Source of the DNA: Macrostomum lignano
Lineage: Eukaryota
Assembly (NCBI GenBank): GCA_002269645.1
Contig: NIVC01000298.1
Location: 142,971-206,970 of the forward strand
Length of the DNA: 64,000 nucleotides
Reading direction: 5' to 3'
Shown: piece after piece, positions 39,147 through 49,916 of the stretch
How the letters are laid out: the number at the start of each line of letters is the position of its first letter
Numbering within the stretch: the stretch's first letter is position 1
Position numbers and translations under genes: made by a program
Notes under the pieces: generated by a model
Database searches by the model: none
What the model saw: the letters and a program-made list of their open reading frames with translations, nothing else
What the model was told of the DNA's origin: nothing

Positions 39147-39686
39147 GACCAATATACAGCAATGAACTGTATGATTTTTTATATAAGTAATTAACAATTT
39201 ACAACAACAATTGAGAGTTTATATTGTCCCCTTGCCAACAGTAGTATTTAATATATTTGATAATCACAGTATACAAAATCCCTAAGATCTTCATTACTAA
39301 CTGCAATACGTAGAGTAGACATTTTGGACATTTTGTTTTGATACATTTTTATCGTATATTTTCCTACTTATTTATGTGCTTTAGTACTCGTATTTTTACT
39401 AGCTATTTTTAGATTCCAAGTAAACCCGCTGTGTGAATATGTGCGAACTTAAATTGCCTCTTCTTTTAGTTATATTATTAACATCGTACTTTTACTCCTT
39501 CGTAAATTGTAAGTAAAACAGGTTTTATTCTATTGGATAAATGCTATTTGAAACTTTTATTCTTTTTTTATTCTGATTTATTGCTTACAAAGATAGTTTC
39601 ATCTGCTGATTGTAGAAAATGACAAACAAAATCACAGACAACCAAATTCATTCCCTTAGATACAAATCAGAACAGAATGGATTGCT

Positions 39687-39752
<66 letters not shown>

Positions 39753-39903
39753 AACACAGACAGACAAACAGAAACACAAACAGAAACACAGACAGACACA
39801 CAGACAGACAGACAAACAGAAACACAGACAGACACACAGACAGACAGACAGACAAACAGAAACACAGACAGACACACAGACAGACAGACAGACAAACAGA
39901 AAC

Positions 39904-39992
<89 letters not shown>

Positions 39993-40187
39993 AACACAGA
40001 CAGACACACAGACAGACAGACAAACAGAAACACAGACAGACACACAGACAGACAGACAGACAAACAGAAACACAGACAGACACACAGACAGACAGACAGA
40101 CAAACAGAAACACAGACAGACACACAGACAGACAGACAAACAGAAACACAGACAGACACACAGACAGACAGACAGACAAACAGAAAC

Positions 40188-40232
<45 letters not shown>

Positions 40233-40311
40233 AACACAGACAGACACACAGACAGACAGACAAACAGAAACACAGACAGACACACAGACAGACAGACAGA
40301 CAAACAGAAAC

Positions 40312-40348
<37 letters not shown>

Positions 40349-40351
40349 AAC

Positions 40352-40388
<37 letters not shown>

Positions 40389-40391
40389 AAC

Positions 40392-40428
<37 letters not shown>

Positions 40429-40507
40429 AACACAGACAGACACACAGACAGACAGACAAACAGAAACACAGACAGACACACAGACAGACAGACAGACAAA
40501 CAGAAAC

Positions 40508-40544
<37 letters not shown>

Positions 40545-40587
40545 AACACAGACAGACACACAGACAGACAGACAGACAAACAGAAAC

Positions 40588-40624
<37 letters not shown>

Positions 40625-40627
40625 AAC

Positions 40628-40668
<41 letters not shown>

Positions 40669-40743
40669 AACACAGACAGACACACAGACAGACAGACAGA
40701 CAAACAGAAACACAGACAGACAGACAGACAGACAAACAGAAAC

Positions 40744-40788
<45 letters not shown>

Positions 40789-40831
40789 AACACAGACAGA
40801 CACACAGACAGACAGACAGACAAACAGAAAC

Positions 40832-40868
<37 letters not shown>

Positions 40869-40911
40869 AACACAGACAGACACACAGACAGACAGACAGA
40901 CAAACAGAAAA

Positions 40912-40948
<37 letters not shown>

Positions 40949-40987
40949 AACACAGACAGACACACAGACAGACAGACAAACAGAAAC

Positions 40988-41024
<37 letters not shown>

Positions 41025-41067
41025 AACACAGACAGACACACAGACAGACAGACAGACAAACAGAAAC

Positions 41068-41104
<37 letters not shown>

Positions 41105-41147
41105 AACACAGACAGACACACAGACAGACAGACAGACAAACAGAAAC

Positions 41148-41184
<37 letters not shown>

Positions 41185-41223
41185 AACACAGACAGACACA
41201 CAGACAGACAGACAAACAGAAAC

Positions 41224-41264
<41 letters not shown>

Positions 41265-41267
41265 AAC

Positions 41268-41302
<35 letters not shown>

Positions 41303-41351
41303 CACAGACAGACAGACAGACACACAGACAGACAGACAGACAAACAGAAAC

Positions 41352-41384
<33 letters not shown>

Positions 41385-41447
41385 AACACAGACAGACAGA
41401 TAGACAGACAGACAGACACACAGACAGACAGACAGACAAACAGAAAC

Positions 41448-41484
<37 letters not shown>

Positions 41485-41487
41485 AAC

Positions 41488-41524
<37 letters not shown>

Positions 41525-41587
41525 AACACAGACAGACACACAGACAGACAGACAGACACACAGACAGACAGACAGACAAACAGAAAC

Positions 41588-41618
<31 letters not shown>

Positions 41619-41743
41619 CACAGACAGACAGACAGACACACAGACAGACAGACAGACAAACAGAAACACAGACAGACAGACAGACAGACACACAGACAGA
41701 CAGACAGACAGACACACAGACAGACAGACAGACAAACAGAAAC

Positions 41744-41780
<37 letters not shown>

Positions 41781-41903
41781 AACACAGACAGACACACAGA
41801 CAGACAGACAGACAAACAGAAACACAGACAGACACACAGACAGACAGACAGACAAACAGAAACACAGACAGACACACAGACAGACAGACAGACAAACAGA
41901 AAC

Positions 41904-41948
<45 letters not shown>

Positions 41949-42055
41949 AACACAGACAGACACACAGACAGACAGACAGACAAACAGAAACACAGACAGA
42001 CACACAGACAGACAGACAGACAAACAGAAACACAGACAGACACACAGACAGACAC
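39687..42055. repeat. 2.4-kb GACA-based array with CAAACAGAAACA higher-order units
   Basis: Directly visible; same unit type as 31147-31817. Confidence 0.97.
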
Positions 42056-42095
42056 ATGAAACAAGCATTCATATACATATTTCATCAAATTTCAG

Positions 42096-42617
42096 ATGGT
42101 AAAGGCAATTCAGTTGCTCGCTATATTTATTCTGGTGCTGCCCATGCCGGCAGATCCCCTGCCTGCCTGTCCGCCTGGCAAATATCGCCACCCTGGAGCC
42201 AACGATTGCAGGCTCTGTCCGAGCCTTTCACAGTGCCGCTCTGACGAAGCCTGGGCAGCCAGGTGCGAGTGGCAGTCGATTAAGTCGGCTTGCTCGCAAT
42301 TTTGGGGAAATAATCAGCCGCCTAATCCCGCTGAGAATGCGCCAGGTAACGGCTCTGACACCAGTGGCGTTGCTGTGAGCAATAGTTCTAGCGACTTCAG
42401 TGCTACTACTAAACCATCAAATGAAGGTGCGGCTGGCAAAGTAGATCCTTGGCCAATTGTCTGGATTTTAGGTGTACTTTTATTGGTCTGCTTGATCGTT
42501 ATTGTCGTGGTACCCTGTGTTATTAGAGGCGAAAACTCTGTATGCCAGCTGCTGACGGATGACAACCCGACTGGACCCACAGATGCCGAAGATGCTGTCT
42601 ATAATGATGGGGATTAA
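42096..42617 (+). CDS. TNFR-like paralog (type A, stalk Y, shortened T1 tail)
   Basis: Ectodomain nearly identical to 31850; intact TM WPIVWILGVLLLVCLIVIVVVPCVI; tail about 22 aa shorter than the 31850 fossil tail. Confidence 0.88.
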   Translation: MVKAIQLLAIFILVLPMPADPLPACPPGKYRHPGANDCRLCPSLSQCRSDEAWAARCEWQSIKSACSQFWGNNQPPNPAENAPGNGSDTSGVAVSNSSSDFSATTKPSNEGAAGKVDPWPIVWILGVLLLVCLIVIVVVPCVIRGENSVCQLLTDDNPTGPTDAEDAVYNDGD

Positions 42618-43501
42618 TCTCCATCTAACTGACTTTGACTGCGACTGCCAAGCATTTTATCAATTGCTTATTATTCATGCAACTTAATACTCATTATTTA
42701 ACTTGTGTATCCTAGTATATATTTATAATTGTTTTTTTGCAATTATGGATTCCATGCTTGCAATTTTCCGCTAGTTTCACTACTAGTATTATGGCTATTT
42801 TAGTTATTATTATTGCTTGAAATTTTCTGATCTTTTTGTCACTGCTAGTAAAGGAAAATTTTTTAATTGTAGAATTTCTGTCATTATTTTTCACGGATGT
42901 TCTTATGCGTGACTACTATATAGCATTGTTGTTTCTCTGATTGTTTTTGACTCATTGGAACCAACAGATTCGTACACATAATGCATTCCATAAGGCATTT
43001 TTGCGTCTTATTGGCACTATTTTTGCGCTCATTTAATCTTATATTTATATATTTGTATTTTTTAGTAGCTTTCAATACCAAGGACAACTTAAGTATTGTC
43101 CCCTTGCAATACAAATATATATATATTACCAGTAAGTAGTCCTTGTTTCAATATTGCTTGCACATCCACAATTTGTTATCCAGCTAAAGCTAGACAGCTG
43201 TCTTTCCTACAAAACTGTGGGCTACACATAATTACTCATTTTAGCCTTTTTTGCAATTGTGCGTTTGTTTTAAATAACTAAGCTTTACAACTCTTGATAA
43301 ATTCCGACTTGTATTTGATTTTATGATTAGAAAGATTTATCACAATTTTGCTTTTATCACAATATTTAGCGATAATAAAAAAACGTTTTGATAAAGTGGA
43401 TTGTTAATCTATGCCCTTAGACACTAAGCAGAATAGAATGGATTGCTAATCTATACCCTCATAATTTTCAGTTACTTTTACCAATCATGCAAAAATTTCA
43501 G

Positions 43502-44119
43502 ATGTCGTCGATAAAAATTATCCAGTCATTTATAGTGTTGACAGGAGTGCCGTGTCTCACCGCCGCGCTGCCGTCAATCAGCTGCCCAATGGGCACCTAT
43601 CATAACAAAGAGGCGACCGGTAAATGCGATAAATGCCCAACCTGGCAGCAGTGCATCGGCACAGATAAAGTTTGGCGAGCTCAATGTGAGCAAGAGATTA
43701 TTAAATCTGGCTGTCAGGAATACTGGGAGCAAACTCGAGATGCTGAGACAACTTTATCGTCTTATAATTTCAACAGTAGCGCCAAGCTGGCTGGCAATGG
43801 CTCTGATATGAACACAAGTGCTACCTATGATTGTAACTGCGAACATGTTCTGTCATGTCAGATTGGCATAGCCATTCTTGCGCCGCTTGCCCTCATCGGG
43901 TTATTTGTTTCATTGCATAAAATTTATGAATATGTTTGCAATACCGGTAGAATGAAGAACGAACCGAAAGCTACGTGTACGCCAAATATGGAAAATGGCA
44001 ATCGTGACGACACAAAAGGGCTGGTCATGCAGGAGCTGCCGTCAGCAAATTCTGGTGAAAGTGGCGGCGCTCGACGTCGTAAAAAGAACAAGGTACGTAG
44101 ATATTTGTTTGTTATATAA
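43502..44119 (+). CDS. TNFR-like paralog (type B, stalk X, TM/tail T2); may splice at 44092
   Basis: TTTCAG-ATG; C-x13-C-x2-C-x5-C-x10-C-x8-C; TM QIGIAILAPLALIGLFVSL; AAG|GTACGT donor at 44093. Confidence 0.87.
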   Translation: MSSIKIIQSFIVLTGVPCLTAALPSISCPMGTYHNKEATGKCDKCPTWQQCIGTDKVWRAQCEQEIIKSGCQEYWEQTRDAETTLSSYNFNSSAKLAGNGSDMNTSATYDCNCEHVLSCQIGIAILAPLALIGLFVSLHKIYEYVCNTGRMKNEPKATCTPNMENGNRDDTKGLVMQELPSANSGESGGARRRKKNKVRRYLFVI

Positions 44120-44194
44120 AGCCGTCTAGATTAGTCTTCTATAGTTTAATTTACCATTCTCAGGTTGGAAGGTATGCTAGAGATTCATTCTCCG

Positions 44195-44505
44195 GGGTGG
44201 GATCTCCTTGTAGGATTAATCTCAGGGTGTGGCATCTCCTTGTAGGATTAATCTCAGGGTGTGGCATCTCCTTGTAGGATTAATCTCAGGGTGTGGGATC
44301 ACCTTGTAGGATTAAACTCCGGGTGTGGGATCTCCTTTTATGGTTAACCTTAGGCCGTGTGGGATTTCCTTGTAGGATTAATCTCAGGGTCCTGGATCTC
44401 TGGAGAGTGTGATTCTCAGGCAGTGGGATCTCTGCAAAGTTTGATTCTCAGGGTGTGGGACCTCTGGAGAGTGTGATTCTCAAGGTTTGGGATCTCTGCA
44501 ATGTG
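44195..44505. repeat. ~30-bp minisatellite (GGGTGTGG(G/C)ATCTCCTTGTAGGATTAATCTCA)n
   Basis: Related to the 26125 and 28742 arrays. Confidence 0.85.
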
Positions 44506-44888
44506 GGGGTCTGCACTTCTCTGGGTTCTGTCAGGCTGTCCTATGTCAAGCTGTCAAAAGTCTCACTGCAGCTCAGCATTTCCCACTCACCCTGGAAATT
44601 TTTTTCAGCGTCCTTGGAAAACGACTTGAATCCTTGGACAATTTAATAACCATTGAAATGTGGATTGGATCGGCCAGCTTGTTGAGTTATCGTAAATTTC
44701 TTCTAAGAAACTTCTGGTTAATGATTCCTCTCGACTTAAACAGCTGGTGACAAATTTATAAATTGTATTATTATTTATTTTTAATTATTTAACGTTCTAG
44801 CTTGGCGAACTCTGGTTCGATTCTTTGCGCGGCCCCGCATTCATTTGGGGTCGGTTATCGTGCGGTTCACAGCCATGAGGGCCGAGAC

Positions 44889-45387
44889 CACAGATACTAG
44901 AATAACTAGGGTGGGCCACCCAGCGAATTTGCGTGTAAGCTACTTTCAGTTCAGTAGCAAGTTAAACTGAAGCATTTTAATGTATTTTTAAAGCCAAAAC
45001 TCATCTTATTGACTCTTACCCCCCCCCTGCTTAAACCCTCCAACCGCGCCTTTCCACATTACCCCCCGCTCCGCCCCATTTTTATTGCCTTTCTTACCAA
45101 ACTGACCCCCCCGCCCCGCCCCCATTTTTATTGCCTTTCTCGGAATTTCCAGCCTAAAGCTGCCATGTACATTTCAGTGGACTGGCCAATGTACATTATT
45201 GCTGAACCAATTAGCAAGTTGTTTACGTCTACAAGCTTGGGCTTCAAAACTTATTAAAGTCATTTCAGCTGCCTCTATTTTTATAAAATAGCTTTTGTAT
45301 TCTTCTTTGCTACTGAACTGAAAGTAGAAGGCGGTTTTACTAAGTGTATGTGCCTGAGAGGCCCATCTAGTTATTTTAGTATCTGTG
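44889..45387. mobile_element. ~500-bp MITE with ~29-bp TIRs and an 8-bp TSD (P- or hAT-type)
   Basis: CACAGATACTAGAATAACTAG / CTAGTTATTTTAGTATCTGTG; flanks GCCGAGAC and GCCAAGAC (1 mismatch). Confidence 0.7.
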
Positions 45388-46095
45388 GCCAAGACACATA
45401 GTGTACTTGTACATGCCTAATGATTAGGAAGTCAGGGCTGTGTGAGCGTTTGGTATACGAGTGCTTCATTGCGCACAGTATTGGCGCGCTTGTGTGTGCT
45501 CAGGTATCAGCGAAATGAGCAAAATTTCACATTGCTTGATAATGCATAACATTTATATATCCAAGTGATATGTTTTGATTTTTTAATATACACAATTAGA
45601 ACCAATTATTATTGATCCATTTGGTTTCCAGTTGTGTATTTTGGTCGTATCTTTTTACAGATCTATTTTTTAAAGCTTTTCCTTCCGTCCTTTCTGAGGC
45701 TCAAGTGCCTTTTTGCCTAATATAATCATTCAATGCAGTAGTAAAGTCCAGTTTATCCAGTAGTATAATAATTCCTAGCCATTTGGAATTTTACCTTCGT
45801 CAATTTTTTCAGAGTTTATTTGCGATGTACACACAGCATGTTGTTTCATAGTTTTAACTAATACGCTCCTAGTTGCAGAAAAACCTGAATGCCAAAATTC
45901 TTCCTTACACCTTTACATTTATTCTTTTTTATATTCTCGAACCAGATGTCTGTGACAAGTCGTAATCGTTGAAATAAAACTTCTCTGATGACAGAATAAT
46001 ACTCGTATTTTTTAGTTATTGGTTTTTCTATGCCTATAGAAGGTAAATACTAAGTATCATTTGAAATATTATGTTATAGGAGATGGCCAACCAAG

Positions 46096-46096
<1 letters not shown>

Positions 46097-46173
<77 letters not shown>
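46097..46173. repeat. (GACA)n
   Basis: Directly visible. Confidence 0.95.
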
Positions 46174-46364
46174 CTATAATTTATTTTTTGATTATGAAAC
46201 GTTCTCGCTTAGGGGCATAGCTATATTGGTGCGCTGGTATGTGCTCAGGAGTGAGCGGAATGGGCAGAATTTCACTTTGTTTGATGATTGTGCAGGGGCT
46301 TTGCCACCACCCCCACCCCGCCCCGCTTTTTGAACTGTTATCGAAATCAATAATTTCACTTCAG

Positions 46365-47610
46365 GGCGCCAAAATGAGTGCCTGTCTGCGGCGCCACAAT
46401 GAGCGCCTGTCTGCGGCGCCAAAATGAGTGCCTGTCTGCGGCGCCACAATGAGCGCCTGTCTGCGGCGCCAAAATGAGTGCCTGTCTGCGGCGCCACAAT
46501 GAGCGCCTGTCTGCGGCGCCAAAATGAGTGCCTGTCTGCGGCGCCACAATGAGCGCCTGTCTGCGGCGCCAAAATGAGCGCCTGTCTGCGGCGCCAAAAT
46601 GAGTGCCTGTCTGCGGCGCCAAAATAAGTGCCTGTCTGCGGCGCCACAATGAGCGCCTGTCTGCGGCGCTAAAATGAGAGCCTGGCTGTGGCGCCAAAAT
46701 GAGAGCCTGGCTGTGGCGCCAAAATGAGCCCCTGTCTGTGGCGCCAAAATGAGAGCCTGGCTGTGGCGCCAAAATGAGCCCCTGTCTGTGGCGCCAAAAT
46801 GAGAGCCTGGCTGTGGCGCCAAAATAAGAGCCTGGCTGTGGCGCCAAAATAAGAGCCTGGCTGTGGCGCCAAAATGAGCTCCTGTCTGTGGCGCCAAAAT
46901 GAGAGCCTGGCTGTGGCGCCAAAATGAGCCCCTGTCTGTGGCGCCAAAATGAGAGCCTGGCTGTGGCGCCAAAATGAGCCCCTGTCTGTGGCGCCAAAAT
47001 GAGAGCCTGGCTGTGGCGCCAAAATAAGAGCCTGTCTTTGGCGCCAAAATGAGAGCCTGGCTGTGGCGCCAAAATGAGAGCCTGTCTGTGGCGCCAAAAT
47101 GAGAGCCTGGCTGTGGCGCCAAAATGAGCCCCTGTCTGTGGCGCCAAAATGAGAGCCTGGCTGTGGCGCCAAAATAAGAGCCTGTCTGTGGCGCCAAAAT
47201 GAGAGCCTGGCTGTGACGCCAAAATGAGCCCCTGTCTGTGGCGCCAAAATGAGAGCCTGGCTGCGGCGCCAAAATGAGCCCCTGTCTGTGGCGCCAAAAT
47301 GAGAGCCTGGCTGTGGCGCCAAAATGAGCCCCTGTCTGTGGCGCCAAAATGAGAGCCTGGCTGTGGCGCCAAAATAAGAGCCTGTCTGTGGCGCCAAAAT
47401 GAGAGCCTGGCTGTGGCGCCAAAATAAGAGCCTGTCTGTGGCGCCAAAATGAGAGCCTGGCTGTGGCGCCAAAATGAGCCCCTGTCTGTGGCGCCAAAAT
47501 GAGAGCCTGGCTGTGGCGCCAAAATAAGAGCCTGTCTGTGGCGCCAAAATGAGAGCCTGGCTGTGGCGCCAAAATAAGAGCCTGTCTGTGGCGCCAAAAT
47601 GAGTGCCTGG
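46365..47610. repeat. 25-bp satellite (GGCGCCAAAATGAG(A/T/C)GCCTG(G/T)CTG(T/C))n with alternating-dimer structure
   Basis: About 50 units in two sub-domains with different variants. Confidence 0.96.
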
Positions 47611-48069
47611 CTCCTGAATTTTTAGGATTCTCCTTTCGGTCTTTCTAAAGCAAGTGCCTCTCTACCATTTTTCGTGATATAATATATTATTCAATGCAGT
47701 AGTATAGCTAAATTTATTAATTCGTATTTTACATGTAATTCCTTGCCATTTGGAATTTTACCTTTGTCAAATTTCAAAAAGTTTATCTGCGACGTACACA
47801 CAGCATTGTGATTCTATAATTTTAACTGATAATTGCAGAAAAACCTGAATGCCAAAATTCTTACTGACATTTTTACTTTATTTGATTATTTATATTCTCG
47901 AACAAGATGTCTGTGATAATTTATAATCGCAAATAAAGGACTTGTCTCTGCTGACAGATCCAGTTCTTTGGTTATTGATTTTTCATTGCATGTAAAAGGA
48001 AAATAGAAAGTATCATTTGGAGTATGATATGATAAAGACGGGCACCAAGTCAGCCAAATACACAGAAAA

Positions 48070-48070
<1 letters not shown>

Positions 48071-48140
<70 letters not shown>

Positions 48141-48282
48141 CTAATACAGACAGGCAGACAGACAGACAGACAGAAAGACAGACAGGCAGACAGACAGACA
48201 GGCAGACAGACAGACACTAAGACAGGCAGAAAGACAGACGGACAGACAGGCAGACAGACAGACACACACACACACACACACA
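48071..48282. repeat. GACA/CA microsatellite
   Basis: Directly visible. Confidence 0.93.
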
Positions 48283-48899
48283 AACGTGCACGAGGCACTT
48301 ATTGGCCAAGTGTGCAAAAACTTGCACATATTGGGACTGCTCCGACACACGAAAAATCACACACACACACGTCCCCACACAGGCAATTTTCAACCCACCA
48401 AATAGATTTTTATTGACAACATGCTTTTGGCTTACTGAAAACAGTTGGAAAGCATTTTTCGAGGTGCATTGAACTCACAACAGATTGTACATGTATACTT
48501 GTCTAAAACAGAATTTAAAAACCCTGGTGTCTTGCTGAATTCCACTAAGGCAATAATATCAGCGCGTCAAATTTCACCAGATAATTTCAGCGATCATAGA
48601 TTATAGAAGACAGGATGGTAAATGGCAAGGGACTTTAAGGTTATCGAAGACAAACGACATTGACACATATCAAAAAAATTTTACGATCTGAATAAACAAA
48701 ATTTGCTACATTTAGTGCCACTGGGAAAAAACAATTCTGTAGCGAAACTCCACTGTTCATAAAAATGTACTTTATTGATTATGACACAATCACTAGAATT
48801 ACTCAAAAGGTACATGTCAGCTATTCGGACCCACAGAATGCTACGTAAAAGGATGCGGAAATGAACCACACTATAGCAGAAGCCAGCACACACTATAGT

Positions 48900-49765
48900 A
48901 TGGGGCTGTCCCAACAATTCCACCATAGCCAGTGTGGATAGGGCTGTCCCAACAATTCCACCATAGCCAGTGTGGATAGGGCTGTCCCAACAATTCCAGC
49001 ATAGCCAGTGTGGATGGGGCTGTCCCAACAATTCCAGCATAGCCAGTGTGGATGGGGCTGTCCCAACAATTCCACCATAGCCAGTGTGGATAGGGCTGTC
49101 CCAACAATTCCAGCATAGCCAGTGTGGATGGGGCTGTCCCAACAATTCCAGCATAGCCAGTGTGGATAGGGCTGTCCCAACAATTCCACCATAGCCAGTG
49201 TGGATAGGGCTGTCCCAACAATTCCACCATAGCCAGTGTGGATAGGGCTGTCCCAACAATTCCACCATAGCCAGTGTGGATGGGGCTGTCCCAACAATTC
49301 CAGCATAGCCAGTGTGGATGGGGCTGTCCCAACAATTCCACCATAGCCAGTGTGGATGGGGCTGTCCCAACAATTCCAGCATAGCCAGTGTGGATGGGGC
49401 TGTCCCAACAATTCCACCATAGCCAGTGTGGATGGGGCTGTCCCAACAATTCCAGCATAGCCAGTGTGGATGGGGCTGTCCCAACAATTCCAGCATAGCC
49501 AGTGTGGATGGGGCTGTCCCAACAATTCCAGCATAGCCAGTGTGGATGGGGCTGTCCCAACAATTCCACCATAGCCAGTGTGGATGGGGCTGTCCCAACA
49601 ATTCCAGCATAGCCAGTGTGGATGGGGCTGTCCCAACAATTCCAGCATAGCCAGTGTGGATGGGGCTGTCCCAACAATTCCACCATAGCCAGTGTGGATG
49701 GGGCTGTCCCAACAATTCCACCATAGCCAGTGTGGATGGGGCTGTCCCAACAATTCCAGCATAGC
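48900..49765. repeat. 38-bp satellite (TGTCCCAACAATTCCA(G/C)CATAGCCAGTGTGGAT(G/A)GGGC)n
   Basis: About 23 units with a period of 38. Confidence 0.96.
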
Positions 49766-49916
49766 TTGAAAAAGAATATACACAAATACTATAAAAAGCA
49801 AATGCTAGAGCTCTACCGCGGTCATTGCACCGGATTTTATTAGAAAAAGACTGCAAAAAATGCGTCTTCTAAATAATATTCCAGTGAAGCACACAACAGT
49901 TAATCGGCTTCTCGAT

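Larger units (their letters stand above)
35390..39686. repeat. Segmental duplication copy 2 (partner about 16290-20582)
   Basis: Collinear with copy 1. Confidence 0.9.

Noticed and set aside
44800-44830. B-box-like GGTTCGATTC suggesting a tRNA or SINE
   Set aside because: No A-box or cloverleaf could be formed.
46192-49856. Long minus-strand ORFs (APQTG..., WNCWDSP...)
   Set aside because: Translations of the 25-bp and 38-bp satellites; unit lengths are not multiples of 3 and several frames are open.
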